DNA of 64,000 nt from Eledone cirrhosa (Eukaryota): assembly GCA_964016885.1 (NCBI GenBank), contig OZ024740.1, positions 22,382,001 to 22,446,000 of the forward strand. The letters are read 5' to 3'. The position numbers and the translations under genes are program-made. The notes below the pieces were generated by a model that was not told where the DNA came from, searched no databases, and saw nothing but the letters and a program-made list of their open reading frames with translations. Of this stretch, positions 1 through 15,069 are shown one piece after another (position 1 is the stretch's first letter; every line of letters begins with the position of its first letter).

Positions 1-3000
1 TCAACTCCACTTAAACACTTTTGACTAAACTGTCTTATCCTTGTCAACTCCAATTAAACACTTTTGACTAAACTGTCTTATCCTTGTCACCTCCACTTAA
101 ACACTTTTGACTAAACTGTCTTAACGTTGTCACCTCCATTTAAACACTTTTGACTAAACTGTCTTATCCTTGTCACCTCCACTTAAATACGTTTGACTAA
201 ACTTTCCTATCCTTGTCACCTCCACTTAAACACTTTTGACCGAACTGTCTTATCCGTGTCACCTCCACTTAAACACTTTTGACTAAACTGTCTTATCCTT
301 GTCACCTCCACTTAAACACTTTTGACTAAACTGTCTTATCCTTGTCACCTCCACTTAAACACTTTTGACTGAACTGTCCTATCCTTGTCACCTCCACTTA
401 AACACTTTTGACTAAACTGTCTTAACGTTGTCACCTCCACTTAAACACTTTTGACTAAACTGTCTTATCCTTGTCACCTCCACTTAAACACGTTTGACTA
501 AACTTTCCTATCCTTGTCACCTCCACTTAAACACTTTTGACTGAAATGTCTTTTCCTTGTCACCTCCACTTAAACACGTTTGACTAAACTGTCTTATCCT
601 TGTCAACTCCACTTAATCACTTTTGACTGAACTGTCTTATCCTTGACACCTCCACTTAAACACTTTTTACTGAACTGTCTTATCCTTGTCACCTACACTT
701 AAACACTTTGGACGAAACTGTCTTATCCTTGTCACGTCCACTTAAACACTTTTGAGTGAACTGTCTTATCCTTGTCACCTCCACTTAAACGCTTTTGACT
801 GAAATGTCTTATCGTTGTAACATCCACTTAAACACTTTTGAATAAACTGCCTTATCCTTGTCAACTCCACTTAAACACTTTTGACTAAACTGTCGTATAC
901 TTGTCACCACCACTTAAACACTTTTGACTGAACTGTCTTATCGTTGTCACCTCCACTTAAACACTTTTGACTGAACTGTGTTATCCTTGTCACCTCCACT
1001 TAAACACTTTTGACTGAATTGTCTTATCGCTGTCCCATCCACTTAAACACTTTTGACTAAACTGTCTTATCCTTGTCAACTCCACTTGAACACGTTTGAC
1101 TAAACTGTCTTATCCTTGTCAACTCCAATTAAACACTTTTGACTAAACTGTCTTATCCTTGTCACCTCCACTTAAACACTTTTGACTAAACTGTCTTATC
1201 CTTGTCAACTCCACTTAAACACTTTTGACTGAACTGTCTTATCGTTGTTACCTCCACTTAAAACACTTTTGACTGAACTGTTTTATCCTTGTCACCTCCA
1301 CTTAAACACTTTTAACTGAACTGTCTTATCGTTGTCACCTCCACTTAAACACTTTTGACTGAACTGTCTTATCCTTGACACCTACACTTAAACACTTTGA
1401 ACTAAACTGTCTTATCCTTGTCACGTCCACTTAAACACTTTTGAGTGAACTGTCTTATCCTTGTCACCTCCACTTAAACACTTTTGACTGAAATGTCTTA
1501 TCGTTGTAACATCCACTTAAACACTTTTGAATAAACTGTCTTATCCTTGTCACCTCCACGTAAACACTTCTGACTGAACTGTCTTATCGTTGTCACCTCC
1601 ACTTAAACACTTTTGACTAAACTGTCTTATCCTTGTCAACTCCATTTAAACACTTTTGACTGAACTGTCTTCTCGTTGTCACCACCACTTAAACACTTTT
1701 GACTAAACTGTCTTATCCTTGTCAACTCCACTTAAACACTTTTGACTGAATTGTCTTATCGTTGTCACTTCCACTTAAACACGTTTGACTGAACTGTTTT
1801 ATCCTTCTCACCTCCACTTAAACACTTTTGACTGAATTGTCTTATCGCTGTCCCATCCACTTAAACACTTTTGACTAAACTGGCTTATCCTTGTCAACTC
1901 CAATTAAACACTTTTGACTGAACTGTCTTATCGTTGTCACCTCCACTTAAACACTTTTGACTAAACTGTATTATCCTTATCACCTCCACTTAAACACTTT
2001 TGACCGAACTGTCTTATCCGTATCACCTCCACTTAAACACTTTTGACTGAACTGTCTCATCGTTGCCACCTCCACTTAAACACTTTTGACTAAACTGTCT
2101 TATCCTTGTCACCTCCACTTAATCACTTTTGACTGAACTGTCTTATCGTTGTCACCTCCACTTAAACACTTTTGACTAAACTGTCTTATCCTTGTCAACT
2201 CCACTTAAACACTTTTGACTGAACTGTATTATCCTTGTCACCTCAAATTAAACACTTTTGACTGAACTGTCTTATCCTTGTCACCTCCACTTAAACACTT
2301 TTGACTGAACTGTCTTATCGTTGTCACCTCCACTTAAACACTTTTGACTAAACTGTCTTATCCTTGTCCACTCCACTTAAACACTGTTGACTGAACTGTC
2401 TTATCGTTGTCACCTCCACTTAACCAGTTTTGACTGAACTGTCTTATCCTTGTCACCTCCACTTTAACACTTTTGACTGAATTGTCTTATCGCTGTCCCG
2501 TCCACTTAAACACTTTTGACTAAACTGTCTTATCCTTGTCAACTCCACTTAAACACTTTTGACTAAACTGTCTTATCCTTGTCAACTCCAATTAAACACT
2601 TTTGACTAAACTGTCTTATCCTTGTCACCTCCACTTAAACACTTTTGACTAAACTGTCTTATCCTTGTCAACTCCACTTAAACACTTTTGACTGAACTGT
2701 CTTATCGTTGTCACCTCCACTTAAACACTTTTGACTAAACTGTCTTATCCTTGTCAACTCCACTTAAACACTTTTGACTGAACTGTCTTATCGTTGTCAC
2801 CTACACTTAAAAAACTTATGACTGAACTGTTTTATCCTTGTCACCTCCACTTAAACACTTTTGACTTAACTGTCTTATCCTTGTCACCTCCACTTAATCA
2901 CTTTTGACTGAACTGTCTTATCCTTGACACCTCCACTTAAACACTTTTTACTGAACTGTCTTATCCTTGTCACCTACACTTAAACACTCTGGACGAAACT

Positions 3001-6000
3001 GTCTTATCCTTGTCACGTCCACTTAAACACTTTTGAGTGAACTGTCTTATCCTTGTCACCTCCACTTAAACGCTTTTGACTGAACTGTCTTATCCTTGTC
3101 AACTCCATTTAAACACTTTTGACTGAACTGTCTTATCGTTGTCACCTCCACTTAAAAACTTTTGACTAAACTGTCTTATCCTTGTCAACTCCACTTAATC
3201 ACTTTTGACTGAACTGTCTTATCCTTGACACCTCCACTTAAACACTTTTTACTGAACTGTCTTATCCTTGTCACCTACACTTAAACACTTTGAACTAAAC
3301 TGTCTTATCCTTGTCACGTCCACTTAAACACTTTTGAGTGAACTGTCTTATCCTTGTCACGTCCACTTAAACACGTTTGAATGAAATGTCTTATCCTTGT
3401 CACCTCCCTTAAATACTTTTGACTAAACTGTCTTATCCTTGTCACCTCCACTTAAACAATTTTGACTAAACTGTTTTATCCTTGTCACCTCCACTTAAAC
3501 GCTTTTGACTGAACTGTCTTATCCTTGTCAACTCCATTTAAACACTTTTGACTGAACTGTCTTATCGTTGTCACCTCCACTTAAAAACTTTTGACTAAAC
3601 TGTCTTATCCTTGTCAACTCCACTTAAACACTTTTGACTGAACTGTCTTATCGTTGTCACCTCCACTTAAAAAACTTTTGACTGAACTGTTTTATCCTTG
3701 TCACCTCCACTTAAACACTTTTGACTGAACTGTCTTATCCTTGTCACCTCCACTTAAACACTTTTGACTAAACTCTCTTATCCTTGTCACCTCCACTTAA
3801 TCACTTTTGACTGAACTGTCTTATCCTTGACACCTCCACTTAAACACTTTTTACTGAACTGTCTTATCCTTGTCACCTACACTTAAACACTTTGAACTAA
3901 ACTGTCTTATCCTTGTCACGTCCACTTAAACACTTTTGAGTGAACTGTCTTATCCTTGTCACGTCCACTTAAACACGTTTGAATGAAATGTCTTATCCTT
4001 GTCACCTCCCTTAAATACTTTTGACTAAACTGTCTTATCCTTGTCACTTCCAGGTAAACACTTTTGACTAAACTGCCTTATCCTTGTCACCTCCACTTAA
4101 ACAATTTTGACTAAGCTGTTTTATCCTTGTCACCTCCACTTAAACACGTTTGACTGATCTGTCTTTTCCTTGTCACCTCCACTTAAACACTTTTGACTGA
4201 ACTGTCTTATCATTGTCACCTCCACTTATACACTTTTGACTGAACTGTCTTATCCATGTCACCTCCACTTAAACACTTTTGACTGAACTGTCTCATCGTT
4301 GTCACCTACACTTAAACACTTTGGACTAAACTGTCTTATCCTTGTCAACTCCACTTAAACACTTTTGACTGAAATATCTTATCGTTGTAACATCCATTTA
4401 AACACTTTTGACTAAACTGTATTATCCTTGTCATTTCCACTTAAACACTTTTGACTGAACTATCTTATCGTTGTCACCTCCACTTAAACACTTTTGACTG
4501 AACTGTTTTATCCTTGTCACCTCCACTTAAACACTTTTGACTGAATTGTCTTTTCGCTGTCCCATCCACTTAATCACTTTTGACTGAACTCTCTTATCCT
4601 TGTCACCTCCACTTAAACACTTTTGACTAAACTGTCTTATCCTTGTCACCTCCACTTAAACACTTTTGACTAAACTGTCTTATCCTTGTCACCTCCACTT
4701 AAACACTTTTGACTGAACTGTCTTATACTTGTCACCTCCACTTAAACACTTTTGACTAAACTGTCTTAACGTTGTCACCTCCATTTAAACACTTTTGACT
4801 AAACTGTCTTATCCTTGTCACCTCCACTTAAACACGTTTGACTAAACTTTCCTATCCTTGTCACCTCCACTTAAACACTTTTGACCGAACTGTCTTATCC
4901 GTGTCACCTCCACTTAAACACTTTTGACTAAACTGTCTTATCCTTGTCACCTCCACTTAAACACTTTTGACTAAACTGTCTTATCCTTGTCACCTCCACT
5001 TAAACACTTTTGACTGAACTGTCTTATCCTTGTCACCTCCACTTAAACACTTTTGACTAAACTGTCTTAACGTTGTCACCTCCACTTAAACACTTTTGAC
5101 TAAACTGTCTTATCCTTGTCACCTCCACTTAAACACGTTTGACTAAACTTTCCTATCCTTGTCACCTCCACCTAAACACTTTTGACTGAAATGTCTTTTC
5201 CTTGTCACCTCCACTTAAACACGTTTGACTAAACTGTCTTATCCTTGTCACATCCACTTAATCACTTTTGAGTGAACTGTCTTATCCTTGACACCTCCAC
5301 TTAAACACTTTTTACTGAACTGTCTTATCCTTGTCACCTACACTTAAACACTTTGGACGAAACTGTCTTATCCTTGTCACGTCCACTTAAACACTTTTGA
5401 GTGAACTGTCTTATCCTTGTCACCTCCACTTAAACGCTTTTGACTGAAATGTCTTATCGTTGTAACATCCACTTAAACACTTTTGAATAAACTGCCTTAT
5501 CCTTGTCAACTCCACTTAAACACTTTTGACTGAACTGTCTTACCGTTGTCACCTCCACTTAAACACTTTTGACTGAACTGTGTTATCCTTGTCACCTCCA
5601 CTTAAACACTTTTGACTGAATTGTCTTATCGCTGTCCCATCCACTTAAACACTTTTGACTAAACTGTCTTATCCTTGTCAACTCCACTTGAACACTTTTG
5701 ACTAAACTGTCTTATCCTTGTCAACTCCAATTAAACACTTTTGACTAAACTGTCTTATCCTTGTCACCTCCACTTAAACACTTTTGACTAAACTGTCTTA
5801 TCCTTGTCAACTCCACTTAAACACTTTTGACTGAACTGTCTTATCGTTGTCACCTCCACTTAAAAAACTTTTGACTGAACTGTTTTATCCTTGTCACCTC
5901 CACTTAAACACTTTTGACTGAACTGTCTTATCGTTGTCACCTCCACTTAAACACTTTTGACTAAACTCTCTTATCCTTGTCACCTCCACTTAATCACTTT

Positions 6001-8399
6001 TGACTGAACTGTCTTATCCTTGACACCTCCACTTAAACACTTTTTACTGAACTGTCTTATCCTTGTCACCTACACTTAAACACTTTGAACTAAACTGTCT
6101 TATCCTTGTCACGTCCACTTAAACACTTTTGAGTGAACTGTCTTATCCTTGTCACGTCCACTTAAACACGTTTGAATGAAATGTCTTATCCTTGTCACCT
6201 CCCTTAAATACTTTTGACTAAACTGTCTTATCCTTGTCACCTCCACTTAAACAATTTTGACTAAACTGTTTTATCCTTGTCACCTCCACTTAAACACGTT
6301 TGACTGATCTGTCTTATCCTTGTCACCTCCACTTAAATACTTTTGACTGAACTGTCTTATCATTGTCACCTCCACTTATACACTTTTGACTGAACTGTCT
6401 TATCCATGTCACCTCCACTTAAACACTTTTGACTGAACTGTCTCATCGTTGTCACCTACACTTAAACACTTTGGACTAAACTGTCTTATCCTTGTCAACT
6501 CCACTTAAACACTTTTGACTGAAATATCTTATCGTTGTAACATCCACTTAAACACTTTTGACTAAACTGTATTATCCTTGTCATTTCCACTTAAACACTT
6601 TTGACTGAACTGTCTTATCCTTGACACCTCCACTTAAACACTTTTTACTGAACTGTCTTATCCTTGTCACCTACACTTAAACACTTTGGACGAAACTGTC
6701 TTATCCTTGTCAGGTCCACTTAAACACTTTTGAGTGAACTGTCTTATCCTTGTTACCTCCACTTAAACGCTTTTGACTGAACTGTCTTATCCTTGTCAAC
6801 TCCATTTAAACACTTTTGACTGAACTGTCTTATCGTTGTCACCTCCACTTAAACACTTTTGACTAATCTGTCTCATCCTTGTCAACTCCACTTAAACACT
6901 TTTGACTGAATTGTCTTATCGCTGTCCCATCCACTTAAACACTTTTGACTAAACTGTCTTATCCTTGTCACCTCCACTTAAACGCTTTTGACTGAACTGT
7001 GTTATCCTTGTCAACTCCATTTAAACACTTTTGACTGAACTGTCTTATCGTTGTCACCTCCACTTAAACACTTTTGACTAAACTGTCTTATCCTTGTCAA
7101 CTCCACTTAAACACTTTTGACTGAATTTTCTTATCGTTGTCACTTCCACTTAAACACTTTTGACTGAACTGTTTTATCCTTGTCACCTCCACTTAAACAC
7201 TTTTGACTGAACTGTCTTATCCTTGTCACCTCCACTTTAACACTTTTGACTGAATTGTCTTATCGCTGTCCCGTCCACTTAAACACTTTTGACTAAACTG
7301 TCTTATCCTTGTCAACTCCACTTAAACACTTTTGACTAAACTGTCTTATCCTTGTCACCTCCACTTAAAAAACTTATGACTGAACTGTTTTATCCTTGTC
7401 ACCTCCACTTAAACACTTTTGACTTAACTGTCTTATCCTTGTCACCTCCACTTAATCACTTTTGACTGAACTGTCTTATCCTTGACACCTCCACTTAAAC
7501 ACTTTTTACTGAACTGTCTTATCCTTGTCACCTACACTTAAACACTCTGGACGAAACTGTCTTATCCTTGTCACGTCCACATAAACACTTTTGAGTGAAC
7601 TGTCTTATCCTTGTCACCTCCACTTAAACGCTTTTGACTGAACTGTCTTATCCTTGTCAACTCCATTTAAACACTTTTGACTGAACTGTCTTATCGTTGT
7701 CACCTCCACTTAAAAACTTTTGACTAAACTGTCTTATCCTTGTCAACTCCACTTAAACACTTTTGACTGAATTTTCTTATCGTTGTCACTTCCACTTAAA
7801 CACTTTTGACTGAACTGTTTTATCCTTGTCACATCCACTTAAACACTTTCGACTGAATTGTCTTATCGCTGTCCCATCCACTTAAACACTTTTGACTAAA
7901 CTGGCTTATCCTTGTCAACTCCAATTAAACACTTTTGACTGAACTGTCTTATCGTTGTCACCTCCACTTAAACACTTTTGACTAAACTGTCTTATCCTTA
8001 TCACCTCCACTTAAACACTTTTGACCGAACTGTCTTATCCCTGTCACCTCCACTTAAACACATTTGACTGAACTGTCTCATCGTTGCCACCTCCACTTAA
8101 ACACTTTTGACTAAACTGTCTTATCCTTGTCACCTCCACTTAATCACTTTTGACTGAACTGTCTAATCGTTGTCCCATCCACTTAAACACTTTTGACTAA
8201 ACTGTCTTATCCTTGTCAACTCCACTTAAACACTTTTGACTAAACTGTCTTATCCTTGTCAACTCCAATTAAACACTTTTGACTAAACTGTCTTATCCTT
8301 GTCACCTCCACTTAAACACTTTTGACTAAACTGTCTTATCCTTGTCAACTCCACTTAAACACTTTTGACTGAACTGTCTTATCGTTGTCACCTCCACTT

Positions 8400-11200
8400 A
8401 AACACTTTTGACTAAACTCTCTTATCCTTGTCAACTCCACTTAAACACTTTTGAGTGAACTGTCTTATCATTGTCACCTCCACTTAAAAAACTTTTGACT
8501 GAACTGTCTTATCGTTGTCACCTCCACTTAAACACTTTTGACTAAACTGTCTTATCCTTGTCACGTCCACTTAAACACTTTTGAGTGAACTGTCTTATCC
8601 TTGTCACCTCCACTTAAACGCTTTTGACTGAAATGTCTTATCGTTGTAACATCCACTTAAACACTTTTGAATAAACTGCCTTATCCTTGTCACCTCCACT
8701 TAAATACTTCTGACTGAACTGTCTTATCGTTGTCACCTCCACTTAATCACTTTTGACTGAACTGTCTTATCCTTGACACCTCCACTTAAACACTTTTTAC
8801 TGAACTGTCTTATCCTTGTCACCTACACTTAAACACTTTGGACGAAACTGTCTTATCCTTGTCAGGTCCACTTAAACACTTTTGACTGAACTGTCTTATC
8901 CTTGTCAACTCCATTTAAACACTTTTGACTGAACTGTCTTATCGTTGTCACCTCCACTTAAACACTTTTGACTAAACTGTCTCATCCTTGTCAACTCCAC
9001 TTAAACACTTTTGACTGAATTGTCTTATCGCTGTCCCATCCACTTAAACAATTTTGACTAAACTGTCTTATCCTTGTCACCTCCACTTAAACGCTTTTGA
9101 CTGAACTGTCTTATCCTTGTCAACTCCATTTAAACACTTTTGACTGAACTGTCTTATCGTTGTCACCTCCACTTAAACACTTTTGACTGAACTGTCTTAT
9201 CCTTGTCAACTCCACTTAAACACTTTTGACTGAATTTTCTTATCGTTGTCACTTCCACTTAAACACTTTTGACTGAACTGTTTTATCCTTGTCACCTCCA
9301 CTTAAACACTTTTGACTGAATTGTCTTATCGCTGTCCCATCCACTTAAACACTTTTGACTAAACTGGCTTATCCTTGTCAACTCCAATTAAACACTTTTG
9401 ACTGAACTGTCTTATCGTTGTCACCTCCACTTAAACACTTTTGACTAAACTGTCTTATCCTTATCACCTCCACTTAAACACTTTTGACCGAACTGTCTTA
9501 TCCGTGTCACCTCCACTTAAACACATTTGACTGAACTGTCTCATCGTTGCCACCTCCACTTAAACACTTTTGACTAAACTGTCTTATCCTTGTCACCTCC
9601 ACTTAATCACTTTTGACTGAACTGTCTTATCGTTGTCCCATCCACTTAAACACTTTTGACTAAACTGTCTTATCGTTGTCACCTCCACTTAAACACTTTT
9701 GACTAAACTGTCTTATACTTGTCAACTCCACTTAAACACTTTTGACTGAACTGTCTTATCGTTGTCACCTCCACTTAAACACTTTTGACTAAACTCTCTT
9801 ATCCTTGTCAACTCCACTTAAACACTTTTGACTGAACTGTCTTATCATTGTCACCTCCACTTAAAAAACTTTTGACTGAACTGTCTTATCGTTGTCACCT
9901 CCACTTAAACACTTTTGACTAAACTGTCTTATCCTTGTCACGTCCACTTAAACACTTTTGAGTGAACTGTCTTATCCTTGTCACCTCCACTTAAACGCTT
10001 TTGACTGAAATGTCTTATCGTTGTAACATCCACTTAAACACTTTTGAATAAACTGCCTTATCCTTGTCACCTCCACTTAAACACTTCTGACTGAACTGTC
10101 TTATCGTTGTCACCTCCACTTAATCACTTTTGACTGAACTGTCTTATCCTTGACACCTCCACTTAAACACTTTTTACTGAACTGTCTTATCCTTGTCACC
10201 TACACTTAAACACTTTGGACGAAACTGTCTTATCCTTGTCAGGTCCACTTAAACACTTTTGACTGAACTGTCTTATCCTTGTCAACTCCATTTAAACACT
10301 TTTGACTGAACTGTCTTATCGTTGTCACCTCCACTTAAACACTTTTGACTAAACTGTCTCATCCTTGTCAACTCCACTTAAACACTTTTGACTGAATTGT
10401 CTTATCGCTGTCCCATCCACTTAAACAATTTTGACTAAACTGTCTTATCCTTGTCACCTCCACTTAAACGCTTTTGACTGAACTGTCTTATCCTTGTCAA
10501 CTCCATTTAAACACTTTTGACTGAACTGTCTTATCGTTGTCACCTCCACTTAAACACTTTTGACTGAACTGTCTTATCCTTGTCAACTCCACTTAAACAC
10601 TTTTGACTGAATTTTCTTATCGTTGTCACTTCCACTTAAACACTTTTGACTGAACTGTTTTATCCTTGTCACCTCCACTTAAACACTTTTGACTGAATTG
10701 TCTTATCGCTGTCCCATCCACTTAAACACTTTTGACTAAACTGGCTTATCCTTGTCAACTCCAATTAAACACTTTTGACTGAACTGTCTTATCGTTGTCA
10801 CCTCCACTTAAACACTTTTGACTAAACTGTCTTATCCTTATCACCTCCACTTAAACACTTTTGACCGAACTGTCTTATCCGTGTCACCTCCACTTAAACA
10901 CATTTGACTGAACTGTCTCATCGTTGCCACCTCCACTTAAACACTTTTGACTAAACTGTCTTATCCTTGTCACCTCCACTTAATCACTTTTGACTGAACT
11001 GTCTTATCGTTGTCCCATCCACTTAAACACTTTTGACTAAACTGTCTTATCGTTGTCACCTCCACTTAAACACTTTTGACTAAACTGTCTTATACTTGTC
11101 AACTCCACTTAAACACTTTTGACTGAACTGTCTTATCGTTGTCACCTCCACTTAAACACTTTTGACTAAACTCTCTTATCCTTGTCAACTCCACTTAAAC
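8400..11200. repeat. Tandem duplication of a 32-monomer block (period 1,377 bp)
   Basis: GTCAGGTCC at 8861 and 10238; TATACTTG at 9714 and 11091. Both offsets are 1,377 = 32x43+1. Confidence 0.85.
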
Positions 11201-14200
11201 ACTTTTGACTGAACTCTCTTATCGTTGTCACCTCCACTTAAAAAACTTTTGACTGAACTGTCTTATCGTTGTCACCTCCACTTAAACACTTTTGACTAAA
11301 CTGTCTTATCCTTGTCACCTCCACTTAAACACTTTTTACTGAACTGTCTTATCCTTGTCACCTACACTTAAACACTGTGGACGAAACTGTCTCATCCTTG
11401 TCACGTCCACTTAAACACTTTTGAGTGAACTGTCTTATCCTTGTCACGTCCACTTAAACGCTTTTGACTGAAATGTCTTATCGTTGTAACATCCACTTAA
11501 ACACTTTTGAATAAACTGCCTTATCCTTGTCACCTCCACTTAAACACTTCTGACTGAACTGTCTTATCGTTGTCACCTCCACTTAATCACTTTTGACTGA
11601 ACTGTCTTATCCTAGACACCTCCACTTAAACACTTTTTACTGAACTGTCTTATCCTTGTCACCTACACTTAAACACTTTGGACGAAACTGTCTTATCCTT
11701 GTCACGTCCACTTAAACACTTTTGAGTGAACTGTCTTATCCTTGTCACCTCCACTTAAACGCTTTTGACTGAACTGTCTTATCCTTGTCAACTCCATTTA
11801 AACACTTTTGACTGAACTGTCTTATCGTTGTCACCTCCACTTAAACACTTTTCACTAAACTGTCCTATCCTTGTCAACACCACTTAAACACTTTTGACTG
11901 AATTTTCTTATCGTTGTCACTTCCACTTAAACACTTTTGACTGAACTGTTTCATTCTTGTCACCTCCACTTAAACACTTTTGACTGAATTGTCTTATCGC
12001 TGTCCCATCCACTTAAACACTTTTGACTAAACTGGCTTATCCTTGTCAACTCCAATTAAACACTTTTGACTGAACTGTCTTATCGTTGTCACCTCCACTT
12101 AAACACTTTTGACTAAACTGTCTTATCCTTAACACCTCCACTTAAACACTTTTGACCGAACTGTCTTATCCGTATCACCTCCACTTAAACACATTTGACT
12201 GAACTGTCTTATCGTTGTCACCTCCACTTAAACACTTTTGACTAAACTGTCTCATCCTTGTCAACTCCACTTAAACACTTTTGAATGAATTGTCTTATCG
12301 CTGTCCCATCCACTTAAACACTTTTGACTAAACTGTCTTATCCTTGTCACCTCCACTTAAATGCTTTTGACTGAACTGTCTTATCCTTGTCAACTCCATT
12401 TAAACACTTTTGACTGAACTGTCTTATCGTTGTCACCTCCACTTAAACACTTTTGACTAAACTGTCTTATCCTTGTCAACTCCACTTAAACACTTTTGAC
12501 TGAATTTTCTTATCGTTGTCACTTCCACTTAAACACTTTTGACTGAACTGTTTTATCCTTGTCACCTCCACTTAAACACTTTTGACTGAATTGTCTTATC
12601 GCTGTCCCATCCACTTAAAGACTTTTGACTAAACTGGCTTATCCTTGTCAACTCCAATTAAACACTTTTGACTGAACTGTCTTATCGTTGTCACCTCCAC
12701 TTCAACACTTTTGACTAAACTGTCTTATCCTTATCACCTCCACTTAAACACTTTTGACCGAACTGTCTTATCCGTGTCACCTCCACTTAAACACATTTGA
12801 CTGAACTGTCTCATCGTTGCCACCTCCACTTAAACACTTTTGACTAAACTGTCTTATCCTTGTCACCTCCACTTAATCACTTTTGACTGAACTGTCTTAT
12901 CGTTGTCCCATCCACTTAAACACTTTTGACTAAACTGGCTTATCCTTGTCAACTCCACTTAAACACTTTTGACTAAACTGTCTTATCCTTGTCAACTCCA
13001 ATTAAACACTTTTGACTAAACTGTCTTATCCTTGTCACCTCCAATTAAACACTTTTGACTAAACTGTCTTATCCTTGTCAACTCCACTTAAACACTTTTG
13101 ACTGAACTGTCTTATCGTTGTCACCTCCACTTAAACACTTTTGACTAAACTCTCTTATCCTTGTCAACTCCACTTAAACACTTTTGACTGAAATGTCTTA
13201 TCGTTGTAACATCCACTTAAACACTTTTGAATAAACTGCCTTATCCTTGTCACCTCCACTTAAACACTTCTGACTGAACTGTCTTATCGTTGTCACCTCC
13301 ACTTAATCACTTTTGACTGAACTGTCTTATCCTTGACACCTCCACTTAAACACTTTTTACTGAACTGTCTTATCCTTGTCACCTACACTTAAACACTTTT
13401 TACTGAACTGTCTTATCCTTGTCACGTCCACTTAAACACTTTTGAGTGAACTGTCTTATCCTTGTCACCTCCACTTAAACGCTTTTGACTGAACTGTCTT
13501 ATCCTTGTCAACTCCATTTAAACACTTTTGACTGAAATGTCTTATCGTTGTCACCTCCACTTAAACACTTTTCACTAAACTGTCTTATCCTTGTCAACTC
13601 CACTTAAACACTTTTGACTGAATTTTCTTATCGTTGTCACTTCCACTTAAACACTTTTGACTGAACTGTTTTATTCTTGTCACCTCCACTTAAACACTTT
13701 TGACTGAATTGTCTTATCGCTGTCCCATCCACTTAAACACTTTTGACTAAACTGGCTTATCCTTGTCAACTCCAATTAAACACTTTTGACTGAACTGTCT
13801 TATCGTTGTCACCTCCACTTAAACACTTTTGACTAAACTGTCTTATCCTTATCACCTCCACTTAAACACTTTTGACCGAACTGTCTTATCCGTATCACCT
13901 CCACTTAAACACATTTGACTGAACTGTCTCATCGTTGCCACCTCCACTTAAACACTTTTGACTAAACTGTCTTATCCTTGTCACCTCCACTTAATCACTT
14001 TTGACTGAACTGTCTTATCGTTATCCCATCCACTTAAACACTTTTGACTAAACTGTCTTATCCTTGTCAACTCCACTTAAACACTTTTGACTAAACTGTC
14101 TTATCCTTGTCAACTCCAATTAAACACTTTTGACTAAACTGTCTTATCCTTGTCACCTCCACTTAAACACTTTTGACAAAACTGTCTTATCCTTGTCAAC

Positions 14201-15069
14201 TCCACTTAAACACTTTTGACTGAACTGTCTTATCGTTGTCACCTCCACTTAAACACTTTTGACTAAACTCTCTTATCCTTGTCAACTCCACTTAAACACT
14301 TTTGACTGAACTGTCTTATCGTTGTCACCTCCACTTAAAAAACTTTTGACTGAACTGTCTTATCGTTGTCACCTCCACTTAAACACTTTTGACTTAACTG
14401 TCTTATCCTTGTCACCTCCACTTAATCACTTTTGACTGAACTGTCTTATCCTTGACACCTCCACTTAAACACTTTTTACTGAACTGTCTTATCCTTGTCA
14501 CCTACACTTAAACACTTTGGACGAAACTGTCTTATCCTTGTCACGTCCATTTAAACACTTTTGAGTGAACTGTTTTATCCTTGTCACCTCCACTTAAACA
14601 CTTTTGACTGAACTGTTTTATCCTTGTCACCTCCACTTAAACACTTTTGACTGAATTGTCTTATCGCTGTCCCATCCACTTAAACACTTTTGACTAAACT
14701 GGCTTATCCTTGTCAACTCCAATTAAACACTTTTGACTGAACTGTCTTATCGTTGTCACCTCCACTTAAACACTTTTGACTAAACTGTCTTATCCTTATC
14801 ACCTCCACTTAAACACTTTTGAACGAACTGTCTTATCCGTGTCACCTCCACTTAAACACTTTTGACTGAACTGTCTCATCGTTGCCACCTCCACTTAAAC
14901 ACTTTTGACTAAACTGTCTTATCCTTGTCACCTCCACTTAAACACTTTTGACTGAACTGTCTTATCCTTGTCACCTCCACTTTAACACGTTTGACTAAAC
15001 TGTCTTATCTTTGTCACCTACACTTAAACACTTTTGACTAAACTGTCTTATCCTTGTCACCTCCACTTA

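Noticed and set aside
1-43. Origin of the monomer from a shorter subrepeat (ACTTAAAC vs ACTAAAC; TGTC twice)
   Set aside because: The similarities are short and unevenly spaced (15 and 11 bp), which is not enough to support an internal period.
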